NCBI GenBank assembly: GCA_002269645.1 | Contig: NIVC01001228.1 | Coordinates: 1 to 64,000, forward strand | Direction: 5' to 3' | DNA: 64,000 bases | Source of the DNA: Macrostomum lignano | Taxonomy: Eukaryota | In this document: positions 1-11,838 of the stretch, one piece after another | Position numbering within the stretch: the first letter of the stretch is position 1 | Layout: every line of letters begins with the position of its first letter | Position numbers and translations under genes: made by a program | The notes under the pieces: generated by a model | Told to the model about the DNA's origin: nothing | Database searches by the model: none | The model's input: the letters and a program-made list of their open reading frames with translations, nothing else

Positions 1-2693
1 GAGCGATTGTCAGATAGTCAAGTAGTACGGCTCGTAGCTCATTTAATTTAGATAATGAAATAGTACACACAAGTGGTGTTGATTCTGCTAATAGGAAATA
101 CCAGCGTATTTATTAAAGGTTTGGTTCTTTGAGTTTGGCTAATAAATAGGGGTATAAGACCGTCAGGAACGCAGCGTGGCCTTGACGCCTGGATGGGCGA
201 TGTCCTGCAGTGCTAGTAGAATCTGACGGCGCATTTGCTCTGGTATGGGTTTGGTTGCGAAGTTTCGCAGGACATAGGACAATCTGATAACCCGACTTCG
301 AATGGGCAGTAACGGTCACCGCTCGTGAGCCCCGCTTCTCGCTGTGCCTTGGCGAGCGCAGGGAAATCTGCGGGTAACGGCAATATTTGCAATCTTCCGA
401 TTGAACAGTGTTCACTGTGTGCTCACCAGGCTTGACTGTGTCTCGAGATAAGGTATCGGCGACCACGGTCTTGGCTTCCGGATGTCGATGTGAATGATGT
501 CGATCACATATTCTTAGATGGTGGCCAACTGGCGCAGCTGACGATCGGATAGGCGCTCCTTGTTGGTGTTGAAAGCACCGACTAACGGCTTGTGGTCGCT
601 AAAAACGGTCGTGGAGTGGTCGTGAATGATGTGTCGCCAGTTCTTGACAGCGGCGAACATGCCTAGAAGTTCATGATCAAACGCGCTGTATGCCGTTTTC
701 GCTTTGGTAAGTTTCCGTGAATAGAACACAATGGACCGAATCGCCATCTTCATTCTAGTGCAAACAGGCGCCCAAGGCGAACAGCTTGTCCGACGTGATG
801 GTGAATGTGCCAGTTTGGGTCGGGAAGGCGAGTTACCATTGCTGCTAGGCTATCCTGAAGCTCTCAGAAAGCGGCATCATGTTCGGCTTACCAATGATAT
901 CGATTTCGGTGAGGATCGCAGCGGTTGCACAATGCTTGCGTGTTTCGGAATGTGGTGCTGGTAGAAACTGAACATGCTGAGGACGCGCTGAAGGCTCTTG
1001 AAGTCTGCCGGAGGTGATGCCGGTGCCGGAGGTCGGATGGTAGTGGCTGGATTCCGTCTTTAGAGACTAAATGACCAATGATCCGAGGCTAATCTGAAAG
1101 AACTGGCATTTTGCGGCTTGAACTCGGGGACCCTTTTTGTGTAGGCATTGCAGCACGATCTAAATGTCGTTGTGATGGTCTACCCTTGACTTGCTGTGAA
1201 TCAGTATATCGCCAACGTATGTGATGACATAGGTCAGGTCTCGGAACATCGAATCGATAAAGCATTGAAATATGTTGTCGGCGTTGCGAAACCCGAATGG
1301 CACCCGGACGTACTCAAAAGAACCGAATGGCGTGCAGATTGCTGTTTTGGAAATGTCATCCTTGGTGACTGGTCTGAAATGTTAGGCCTTGAGCAAGTCT
1401 AATTTGCTAAAAACGTTGGTGCCACGAAGTTGGTGGTGAAAATCCCGGAAGTGCGGTAGTGGGTACCTGTCCGGCACCGTCGCGCTGTTCATAGCGCGGT
1501 AGTCCCCCGCAGGGTCTCCACAATCCGTCGGCTTTCTTCACCATATAGAGTGGTGACGCCCAAGGGCTGCAGGACGGGCGGACGATGCCCATCGATGCAG
1601 CTTGTCAAATTCTGACTTGGCCATCTCGTACCACCATAAACCGAAAAATCCGATCCGAGAATGGGGACTGTGTCTGCGACGATGAATTTGAATTGAAAGG
1701 TGCGACGTAAACCCTTTACCGAAAACAAAGCGTTGCATTTCCCGTGGGTTCGGACGTTGTGCCCGCTGACCCCGCGAAGCTGAACGTTACAGGGGGTGAC
1801 GAGGTTAAACGGAACGAAACATGGAGGCAGTAAGGACTTTTCCGCACCGGTATTAACGAGGAATGAAACAGGAACTTAGTATTTGAGTGGAAACGATAGG
1901 TGGCCCGGCCGCTGCACATGACACTCGTTTGGGATCGGCGAGGCCGTGGAGACACTTGGCACTGACCTTGGCGGAGCGATTTCGATGGCTTTTGACCCGG
2001 CCACTTGATCCAGGAACGGCAAGTTCGAGCCCTGCCGGCATAGATGTGCGAATTGCAAACGAGTGGTCGCTGCCATCTGCGAGGCTGGGCGTCGTGAGCC
2101 GGAGGGTCGGGTCACCGGGAGAAATGCCGGGCCAGTTGCTGCTCTGCATTAGCAACAGTGGAAAACTGATTGATGTCGGTGAATGGTGAGGGTCGGCCGG
2201 CCATTGCCCATGCTGTCCGCGATCTTGGCAAAATTATCCAGCGGGCTGTGCTGTGCTCATGTCCGACGAGTGCAGCGAATGTGGGACGGCAACGCAAAGA
2301 TGAGGCATGACTTGACAATGACGTCGTTTACCTCAGGCCGACCTAGGTAAATTTAAGTTTTATCTCGTTGACAAGTTGGCTTGGGATCCAAAAACCAAGT
2401 TCCACGGCGGAAATGGCTTCCTCGATTAGCTGATGCCGATTAGCGCACAGGCTATCACCCACTGCCTTTAATGCGTCGTAGTCGTTGCCGTCGAGGTTGA
2501 GTTCGCACGAGATGTCCACTGGGAGGGCTGCTAAAGCATAATAGTACTTGATGGAGCTGCTGGTGAGGTTGGCGAGCGCGAATTGTGACTCCAGCTGCTT
2601 AAACCAGATCTCCGGTGACTTCCTGTAAAAAGCAGGGGTCGAACTGCGACGCGGTTGAGCTCGATGTGCTGAGTCGGAAGCTCTTCTCGTCAA
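1..2693 (-). mobile_element. Degenerate Ty3/gypsy LTR retrotransposon (gag-pro-RT-RNaseH-start of INT); no LTR recognised
   Basis: Minus-strand fragments in gypsy order: gag-like PAFYRKSPEIWFKQLESQF (2343-2693), protease tail FIVADTVPILGSDF (~1650-1730), RT GIVRPSCSPWASPLYMVKK (1407-1592), RNase H YSAFDHELLGMFAAVKNWRH...FSDHKPL (514-753), VADTLSR linker (113-466). Many stops and frameshifts. Confidence 0.85.
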
Positions 2694-2857
2694 ATTTCCG
2701 TCGTTTTTTTTATATGTGAGCGTATACTGTACAACCGAAAACTCGAAAGGACGTTACATTTGACTTCGTTTCGTACCACATTTCAAACGGAGTTATCAGT
2801 AACTTAAGCGGATGTCACAACTGAATTTTGAACATATGCCGCTGTGTTGATAGCTTA
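2680..2857 (-). pseudogene. Ty1/copia integrase remnant, downstream half (left flank of Polinton-1)
   Basis: Minus-strand translation AINTAAYVQN...ITPFEMWYETKSNVTSFRVFGCTVYAHI...KRRKFDEKS matches the copia post-integrase-core motif (AVNTA.Y..N...TPYE.W.G.KP....LRVFGC..Y.HI). Confidence 0.8.
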
Positions 2858-2863
2858 CGTACG

Positions 2864-3422
2864 AGTAGTAGAAAAACGGTACAGTCTGGCGCACGTCCAA
2901 TCAGCGAGGGGGGCAAATCAATGATGAGGAAGCCCCGGAGGCGGGGCGGGGCAGGCCGGAGGTGGGGCAGGACAGAGGCGGGGGCAGACCGAGGGAAGGG
3001 CAAGCCTAGGGGTCGATCAGCCATGGTAGGGTCAAGCAGGCCCAGAGGTGGGGAGCAGGCCAGATGAGAGGTCGAGCAGCTGAGTGTCCGGTGAGTGTCC
3101 AAGGGTGACTTAGCTGCAGGGCGGTCGGAAGATGTCCAAGGGTGAGTTTGAGTGAGTGTCCATTGGTGAGTATCCTCTATCCGCGTGTGGTGACACGCAA
3201 GACAGAGTTTCAATGTAATCAGTCTGTAGGGGTCCGATTGCTTGGAATTTCCGAGTAGAGGTATATAGTGGGGGAAAGGCTTCTATTGGTCAAGAAAGCA
3301 TTTAGAAGGGTGCTGATTTTCTCGGAATTTACGAGTATTATGGGGATGGGATTGTATTGGTCGAGAGGTCCCTGGTGCTCCGTGCAAAATTTGAATCCAG
3401 GACCCTTTATAAACTAAGCACC
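2864..3422 (+). repeat. Left terminal inverted repeat of Polinton-1 (~560 bp)
   Basis: Reverse complement of 43485-44042 aligns by eye with indels, e.g. GGTACAGTCTGGCG, GGGGCAGGCCGGAGGTGGGGCAGG, CCGCGTGTGGTGACACG, GGGTCCGATTGCTTGGAATTTCCGAG, CCCTTTATAA. Confidence 0.9.
3408..3413 (+). promoter_or_regulatory. TATA box at the inner edge of the left TIR, upstream of pPolB
   Basis: CCCTTTATAAA about 105 bp before the pPolB ORF start; the same motif is mirrored in the right TIR. Confidence 0.5.
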
Positions 3423-3516
3423 CAGATGCATTGCACCCCATAGGTTTTTTAGATAAAATACAACATAAAAATGCCAATAACTTGCGAATTCTGCGAGTCA
3501 TCAGTAGTCGGAGGCA

Positions 3517-6491
3517 TTGAGGAGCTCTATGCGTTGTGCCCCGCAATACCAGCACTATTTGAGTCAGACGAAGAGGCCTCCCAAGGATACATTCCAATTG
3601 ATCAAGGAGGCGTTTAGTGGCAGGTCCCGACTTTACAGGGCCAGTGCATGCGGAGACCCGAGGAATGTCTTGGAAAACACTCGTCAAGCTTTCATTGACT
3701 TGATCACTCAGCATCAACGTGAGCCAGGAACCGCCATCAAGGTTCAGCTGCGCCTCGGTGTCCTGATGCAGCGTATCATTAATGGTAGCTGCGCCACCGA
3801 GAACACCGCCTGGTTTGCTGCCAAGGCCCACTCTCTTCTCCGGAGCGAGGAGGAGCACTATTTCTTTAGCGACATGCAGACTATCCTCAGCCGGATATAG
3901 AAGTACTTACGCAATGGCAGTGGCTGGGTAATCAGGACCACTCGGTGTGTTGATGTTTTGACCGCTATTTATTATCTACCGCATGGAGCAGCAAAGTTTT
4001 AATTGCCAGCCTAGTTAAAGGCAAAAAAAGCAGTAATTAATTCCTACTCAAACGGGGCAGATTGCCTTAAGTATGCGTTTTGGTGTCTCTCCACATTGAC
4101 GATGGCATTAAAAAAAATCCTGATCGTCAAATCGGCCTATCAGGAACCGCTAATGCTTTTGCACAGGGTTGCCGGCGAAGATGGCGATGCCTGCATGATT
4201 CGATTTCTTGATGCCCTCGAAGGTGTTGCAGTAAAGGCCTATCACTGGAATAAGCGCTGCAGCCATCAGCAGGCCCTCCGACCTCCTGAGGAGGAAGAAA
4301 GGTTACGAAGTGCTACACGGTGCTGCTTGTGCGACCAGTCAGTCAATGATTCTCGGCACCTCTCCATGACCATCTGAACGGCAAGCTATTCGGCGCATCA
4401 TGCCCCGAGTGTAACGAAGCGGCCGTTCTCATGCGGGACCCGCTGCCAGTCTCCTTCCACAATCTTCGCGGCTACGACATGCATTTGCTATGCAACACAG
4501 CGATTGAACTGGGAGCTGTGTCATCGCCTAGACCAAGGAGCGGTACATGACACTAGTGGCCCGCATCATGGTGGAGGAGGCTTTCGATGCTGGAGCAGAC
4601 AATTGGGTACGCAAGTTAATGCGATTGCGCTTTCTCGACTCGTATCAGTTCACGGCAAGTAGCCTGGCTCAGCTGTTGAAGAACCTCGAGCGGGATTGCT
4701 GCACCCATACGCTGGCTATGCAGCAGCGCTACCCATGAGTCTCTGAGGACATTCTCTTGCAAAAGGGTGTCTTTCCTTACTCCTATACAACCAGTGTGGA
4801 GAGGCTGCGCGATACTCAGCCGCCCCCACAAGAGGCATTCAGAAATGTTCTCACGGGAGAGGCTTACTCCAACAAGGATTACGCTACTGCTCACAGGGCC
4901 TGGAGGGAGTTCGAGTGTGAGTCCATGCGGGACTACATGCTCGCGTATCTCGAGATGGATATTCGCCAACTCGCAGATGTCTTCGAGGCCTTTAGACACA
5001 CGAGTATAACTTTGGATGGTCTCGACCCGGTGCATTACATTACCACGCCTGGCATGTCGTTCGATGCGGCACTGAAGTTTTTCCATCTCGAGTTGGAACT
5101 CCTTTAGGACCCGGAAATGTACCACATGTTTGAAGATGGTACTCGTGGTGGCATGACTTTTGTCAACTCACACATTTCGACGGCCAACCATGCTGGTCTT
5201 GTTGACGGATTTGACCCAGAACGACCTCAGTGTCACCTTATCCCAATCGACGCAAACAATCTTTACGGTCATGCTTTGTCCACGAAGCTGCCGCGGCATG
5301 ACTTCATATTCGTAGCTTTTGACTCTGCTGAGCAGGTGGAACACTGACTTTCAGAAGAGTTCGATCCGGGAGGTGATCTTGGATACATCCTTACGGTAGA
5401 TTTGATATCGATCGATCCAAAGGAGATTCATGATCAGACGGCTGACCTCCCATTTGCTCCCGAGAAGGAGCCCCGCTTACCTCGGATGCCCGATTACCAG
5501 CAGCAGCTGTGGGGTGTCCTGATCGACCGGTGTGGGCAGGTGGGTCAAGAGTATAGGTCGAACAGTCTAAAGCTCTTGCTGACGTGCCATGACAAGGTGG
5601 AATACACAGCCCATGCGAAAAATTCTAGTTTTATCTGCGCCAAGACATGTGGCTGAACAAGGTCCACAAAGTCTTGAGCTTCCAGCAGGGGCACATCTTT
5701 GAGCCATATATTCCTCGGAACAGCGAGCGTCGTGTAAAGGCCAAGAATGAGTTCAAGAAGGACTACAACAAGCTGCTAAACAACTCCCTGTTTGGAAAGA
5801 CGGAGAATGTTCGCAAGCGAGTGGACTACCGCCTGGTTAATTCAACAGGGAAATTGGAAAAGCTTGTGGCCAAGCCGACGTCCCGTGAGCAGGTAACTTT
5901 CAGCGAGGATCTAGTTCTAGTGCACATGCTTGTGCTCAAGGTTATGCTCAACAAGCCAGTGTATATCGGCCAGTGAGTTCTGAACAATAGCAAGCTCATC
6001 ATGTATGAGCTGTGGCACCGGCACCTGAAGCCTCTGGTGCAACAGAAGCCCGATGCAATGCTGCGACTGCTCGGTGGTGACACGGATTCGTTTTTTCTTC
6101 ACCTCGAGAATCCAGATGCAGATGGCTGGTTTCTGCCGGAGCTGTGCGGTAAGGGTCTGCTCCTGCTGGATACGTCCAATTAGCCGAAGGACCACCCTCT
6201 GTTCTCCAACGAGCGCAAGGCCAACTGGGGTGTGTCAAGAATGAGAGTGACGGCGTGGCCAACTGCCAGGAGTGGATTTTGCTGCGTCCGAAGCTGTACT
6301 CCTTTGCATCCTCAGCTGCTGGTAAGGACAAGCGACAAGCCAAGGGCGTTCAGCGGGCTGTGGTCAAAAACGACATCTCCCATAGGGAGGACCACAGGGA
6401 GACTTTTGACATGCTTGTGGAGAAGAGGTGGCTGACCAGGCGCATCGCCCACTGGCGCTGCCCTTATGGAAGCATTAAGCACTCTATATAA
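3517..6491 (+). pseudogene. polB: Protein-primed family B DNA polymerase (pPolB) of Polinton-1, fragmented
   Basis: Motifs in order: NGSGW, endonuclease-VII-like CxxC...HxH...CxxCN insert, HNLRGYD, RFLDSYQF, KGVFPYSY, DIRQLADVFEAFR, RGGM, IDANNLYGHAL, KLLNNSLFGKT, GDTDS. Split into more than 10 ORF pieces. Confidence 0.95.
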
Positions 6492-6519
6492 TTCATATCA
6501 TGCATGTTCTCAAAAAAAT

Positions 6520-7790
6520 TAGCATGAAAGATTCCGCAATAATGCCAATCTGATACAAGCGTGCAATTGCCTCTTCAATTAATTACATTGGACAGACAGT
6601 CACTCTTGACGCCATTGACTAAGAAGTAACCAAGGGGCAGCTTCCAGTTGCTTTTGAGTCCAACGGCTATAATTACAAGCGAAGAGGTGGCCTTTTCTTC
6701 AGTCACTGCTCCGTCGCCCTTGTCCACGTAGCCAAAGAACTTGCTTTCACAGGAATCCCATTCGATCAGCTTCTAAAGCGACATTTCATCTGCCACCACA
6801 CTACAGTAGGCAAATGCTTCTGCACCAGGCGAGTTGCGTCGTCTTAAAAGCTCTTGGAAAGATAATTCGCAAAATCCGGGGAGACATTTGACATTTGATG
6901 TCCATCGGCGAAGTGTAGCAGGATGAGAAAGTTGAAAGTATTTACGGACATATTGGTACGCCTTTGCACTGTAAAAGTGCAATGTCGAGGCAAACCTCAG
7001 GAGAGAATTTCTTTGAGCGCGGATTCTTCTGGGACACCAAACTGTTAAGAAGAGAGTTGGATGCCAGAAAGTTCAGTCGCGAAGCCTCAGCTGCAGAAAG
7101 GATATTGTGTCCCTTTAGCGACGTGATCAGCTGAAGCAGTGATTTCGCCTTACTTTTTAAGCGCGAATTATTGGACCGCAGATGGCGAATTCTTCTATAT
7201 TTTCTCTCCAGTTGCTCACGCGCAGGTTGCAAAGAACGGGTCATTACTTTAAAATCGTCACTTGCCTGTGTAAGCCTCCTGTACCGGCACCGGAGATTTT
7301 TCAAAGCCTTCACTTTCTTGTTAAGCAGCTCCTTACTGACACAGTTTTGGTAGCAGTCATCAGCGGGTGCGGGCTCAGATTGAGGCTGATCCGAGGTTGC
7401 ACTTTCCTCTTCAGCCAGCTGTCAGGGCGCGTTTTTCTCGGCATCTTTGATGAAGTTTGAGAAGTCGATTTGGCCAGCAGCAGCCGAAGTCATTGTCTTT
7501 CTCGTCTTCGCAGGAGTGCTACTCAAATTACTCGGGAAAATGGGAAAAATGGAGGGCACTGCTTCCGGATAGAGTCGCTTCCGTTCCAATGGCCGAAATC
7601 CTTCTACAGGTTGCACAAAACACTGGAGTAAAGTGCTCAGAGGGTTTGAAATCTTTGCGGTTGAGAGCAGCTATCCATTTTTTCTTAACATCATTGTCCT
7701 TCGGGAAGGAGTGAAATGAGATTGCTGACGAACTTGAGGCCCCGTTGCTACAACCAAATGCTGTGCAGAAGTGACAGTTTCATGGCTTAT
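6520..7790 (-). mobile_element. P-element/THAP9-like transposase fragment (THAP domain to first catalytic Asp region)
   Basis: CTAFGCSN, ISFHSFPKD...KKWIAAL, RKRLYPEAVPSIF (THAP); HFYSAKAYQYVRKYF...HPATLRRW; YCSVVADEMSL; FFGYVD; WKLPLGYF. 3' part absent. Confidence 0.88.
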
Positions 7791-7867
7791 TAGCTTGCTG
7801 CATGGTAGGCTGATTGAATAATTTTTCGCTACACATTCATCAGCTTTCTTAATTCATCAACCATATA

Positions 7868-9379
7868 CGAGGGGCATACTGAAAGTTTTGAGATACATCG
7901 AAACCACAAATATCTGAAGCAAAATTTCTGTCAAAATTTTTCGAAGTAGTTGCCGCCAGCTTGTACGCATTTCCTCATCCGGTGAAACCACTGCGTCCAG
8001 GCTCCAGCCCACTGTTCTTCTGGCACTGCTGACACCACCCGCTCGAAGTCGAATCTTGCTGCTTCAGGGCTCTTAAACCGAGTCCTACGCAGTTGTTTCT
8101 TCACTAAGGGAAGAGAAAGAAGTCGCAGGGTGCCAGGTCAGGGGAATAAGCGGGATGCGTCACCAACTGGACTCCATTCTCGGCCACAAATGCCAATGTT
8201 GCAGCAGCCATGTGCGCACTGGCATTGTCGTGGTGCAGCAGCAGGCCACGAAATCCGGTGTACGCGGCCGGCGTCTGCGCCACGCATCGAACACAAGCAG
8301 CAGGCACTGGTTGATATACCAGTCGGCATTTTTTTTATTAGAGGCAGGGGGGTTGTGTGCACCCTGGCGCACTTTAAGGGACATAGGCACACAACCGGCG
8401 AGAGGCATTGCTGCCCATTCCGCCGACTCCTCTGAGCAGGCATACAAGCGCGCGGATACGTACGCTGGCACACACTCACACAGGAGTGTACAGCGGCCCT
8501 AACTTTATTTTATCGTTAGGCATGTACACTTCACTGCGCCTTGGGGGGTTGGTTCTCAAGGCCGTTAATTGCACGAGCAGAGCCAAGCCGAGATTCCAAT
8601 TCAGCCCCAAATTAATGTGACTGCACTTGGAATCGAGCCTGGGTCGCTGGCACACCAGAGCAGCTGCGCTACCGCTGGGCTACGGCCCCCTTACCAGTCG
8701 GCATTGACTGTCCGTCTGTTTTGGAGCGCTACAGTTGCCAAGTGGCCAGCCTGGCTGAAGAAAGTCGCCACCATCCGCTTCCCGACGCTGCGGGCCCGTT
8801 TGACCTTCGTTGGGTGGCATCGTCCGGGAGGAGCCAAACTGCCGACTGCTGCTTGGTTTCCGGGTCGTACTGGTAGACCCAGGTCTCATCACCTGTCTTA
8901 TCTTATCTCCTGTCTAATCTCCCAGCATCGCTTTAAGGTCCCAGAATTGAATCTTTCGAGCATAAACTCGCACCAACGCACCCTCTCCGCTTTCTGGTCT
9001 TCCGTCAGGTTGTGGGGCACCCAGCGGGCACACCGCTTGGAGGCTCCCAGCTTGTCATGCAGGATGGTCGTAACCGCTGCCGATCCAATGCCGAGAGCCT
9101 CTCTGATCTCTGCACAGGTCACTCGCCGGTCCTCGTCAATCATTCTTCGGACAGCAGCGATGTTTTCGTCCGTGACTGCGGAAGCTGGACGTCCCGTCCG
9201 AGGCTCGTCATCAAGGCTGCTTCGGCCCCACTTACATTCGCTATACCACCGAAAAACTGTGGCACGTGAAGGGGCTTGGTCTCCAAAAGCAGCACGTAAA
9301 CTTTCAACGGATCGAAAAACTTTCAACGGGCTGGATCGAAAAAATTAAAAAAGTTGTCGCTATCAAATTCTTCTTCCAT
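7868..9379 (-). mobile_element. mariner (DD34D) transposase pseudogene with 3' TIR, interrupted by a SINE
   Basis: TA at 7866-67 then TIR CGAGGGGCATACTGAAAGTTTTGAGATAC. Motifs RWVPHNLT, VTGDETW, LLHHDNA, HPAYSPDLAPCDFFLFP. ATG at 9379. Confidence 0.92.
8331..8691 (-). mobile_element. tRNA-derived SINE (~360 bp) inserted in the mariner
   Basis: Head GGGGCCGTAGCCCAGCGGTAGCGC (A box) ...GGCTCGATTCC (B box); tail AATAAAAAA. 14-bp TSD TACCAGTCGGCATT (8317-8330, 8692-8705). Second copy at 61144-61504. Confidence 0.9.
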
Positions 9380-9624
9380 CGCGGTGTGGTTCAAGAGAAA
9401 GCTACGAAAGAAAGTAATTCGGATTTCGTCTAGCTAGTACTGTCTTAAATTTATGGAAAATTTGTCTATGGTTCCAATGTGGGGGCTTCGCCCCCACACC
9501 CCCAGTCGAGGCTTTGCTTCGACACCCCCAGTCGGGGCTTTGCCGACTGGCTGCACCGCATTCGGCCCGGCTCAAGAGAAAGCTACAAAAATAAGCAATT
9601 CGGATTTCATATAAGAACACGGTA

Positions 9625-9747
9625 GTTTAATGCGCATTCTATGGTAGAAAGGCCTCGGCCACACTTAATGGTCCTCGGCTCGCTTCGCTCGCCTCGAGAC
9701 CATCAAATGCAGCCTCGGACTTTCTAACCCTAGAATGCGCATTAAAC
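9625..9747. repeat. Small MITE-like palindromic element within a cluster of short repeats (9390-9990)
   Basis: GTTTAATGCGCATTCTATGGTAGAAAG is an imperfect inverse of CTTTCTAACCCTAGAATGCGCATTAAAC; no coding capacity. Confidence 0.6.
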
Positions 9748-10422
9748 ATCCATGATTATATACTTGACAAGAGCGCAAACACTGAAAATTTATATCCAAT
9801 CATCTTAACATCTTCAAATCCGATTGTCAGCGTGGCTGACCATGCATCACTTCAGCTAAAATCCAACTCTTTATGGCCATAGACTCAACTTTTGTCTTCA
9901 CTTAACAGCATATCGCGAAAACCCATATGGTCAGCTTGGCTGACCATGGCTGTAAGTAGTCTATATCAAGTATAATAACGAGAAAACATGCATTCAAGCA
10001 TGTCAAAAACTAAAAAATATCGTCAAAAATATCAAAAACATGAAAATTTATTTCACAAAAAACATGAGTTACTAAAATTACTTTTCTCACTCTGCTAAAA
10101 GGGTGAAAGTGCATAGCTCGAAGCTGTCTGCTCAATCGCACCTGAATATTAGGGTGCTAAACTAGTAAATAACGTTCTGTTTTCGACTTTTTGAAACTTT
10201 TTCAAGTTCTTAGTGGTTAAAACTTTGAAATGGTCTCAATGTTTTGAATGTCTAGCTTCCAGATGTAGCATTGCTTTGAGTTCTTGTTTAATAAATTTTC
10301 CAAAAGATCCAGTAAATTTAGCTTTACTTCTGTTGCTATTACACTACCTAACTTTTATGCATTGTGAGGCAAGACAATAACAGGTAGTCAGCAGGAGTAA
10401 AACGAACAAGTCTCCTCTCAGC

Positions 10423-11704
10423 CTACGAGTGCCAGGCTCGAAAGCAGTCAGGGATGCACAAGCCGGGCTGACCAGGTCACTGCTGACAGACGAAGACGGT
10501 AGGTTTGGTGATGCCATTGCGATAGCAGACTCTGCAGCGACGTGCAGGTCGCTGGTTACCAGGTGTGGCAGGCAGCTTACTGGGCAAGTGAACAGCATCG
10601 GCAACAGGACGCGATGGGTGGACGCACCGTCTTTTTCCAGGCCCTGAGCTGTCTATCAGGGCAACGATCAGTTGTTCCATGAACTTCAGAAAAGTCAGTG
10701 TGCCGCCGGAGTGCCGGAACAAAATCCAGGTATTGTGCGACAGCTGCAACAGGAAATGAATTCCGAGCTTCTGGTGCCAGCGGTACATCTTTCTGCTTGG
10801 GTGGTAGGGCTGCAGCGCAGAGTCAAGACGATCGACACCACCCATGACCTTTAAGTAGTCCGTCACAGTTACCGGCTTTCGAACAACATCCAATTGTCCA
10901 CCTCGTCAGTACCGTTGTCGCGCAGTGCTCTGGGCCGTATCGAAGGTGTCAAGCATGTAGACTGTCTTAATACCGCTTGCTTTTCTGTCTGTCAGCTTTA
11001 CTACCAAAACACCGCTTCGCATGTAGCAGTGGGATGGAGGCACTGCTGGCATCTGCCGGAGCTCGACTGGAATGCCGCGGTCACAGCGAACGGTGCCTGT
11101 TAGTAAGGTATTGTGAGCTAGTAGAAACTCAGCCAGTCGTCGGGAGGAGAAATAACTGTCAACAAACACCCTGTAGCCAAGATTTAGCAGGTCCTTCGAC
11201 AGCTCCACCCCTATTCGCTCGCTGATGGGCAGGTTGCAGTCGACGAATTCGCTGCCAAACTTGCTGTTTTCCTCAGCTGTCGAATGAACGAGGACGTTCC
11301 ATAAGTAACCGGTCTTGGAGTCACAAAGACAATAGGTCTTAATTCCATTTCTAGCCCGCTTGCTGGAAATATACTGTTTGAACGCTAGTCGTCCTTTGTG
11401 CTGAACAAGCTCCTCGTCAACAGCGATATCCCTGTCAGGCTGAAAATTCTGCTGACAAACTTCCTTTACTGAGTTCAAGAACGGGCGGATTTTGCGAAGC
11501 GGATCCTCATTGTCACCAACGCGACAGTCGTAGAACCTCAGAAAAGATAAGATTTGCTGGAACCGGTTTTGAGACAGGCAGTTTTTACTCAGAACAACTG
11601 GTTGTCATAAAACTTTCCAGTGGCCCAGTAGTTTTTGATCTCTGGCTTGCGCACGATTCCCATGTAAAATATTATTGCGATGGTCTTTCTTATCTCATCA
11701 TCTG
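10423..11704 (-). pseudogene. piggyBac transposase, C-terminal portion
   Basis: IIFYMGIVRKPEIKNYW, IAVDEELVQHKGRLAFKQYI, FVDSYFSS, MGGVDRLD, and a Cys-rich tail RRCRVC...C..*PGQPGLCIPDCFRAWHS. Several stops. Confidence 0.92.
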
Positions 11705-11838
11705 TGTTGTAGGGGTCGTGGGGGAGGGAAGTTTGTCTTGACTTACTTCTTTCACTTAGCTGCAGGGCTGTCCCGGAGGGGACACAGCGGGAAGGCGCGG
11801 GCGCCCATTCCGCTAGTCCCTGAACGGCCGACGCGTCG

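Noticed and set aside
2815-3213. ORFs 2815-3213 and 43630-44088 that resemble each other
   Set aside because: They are readings of the GC-rich TIRs; the similarity reflects the inverted repeat, not a gene.
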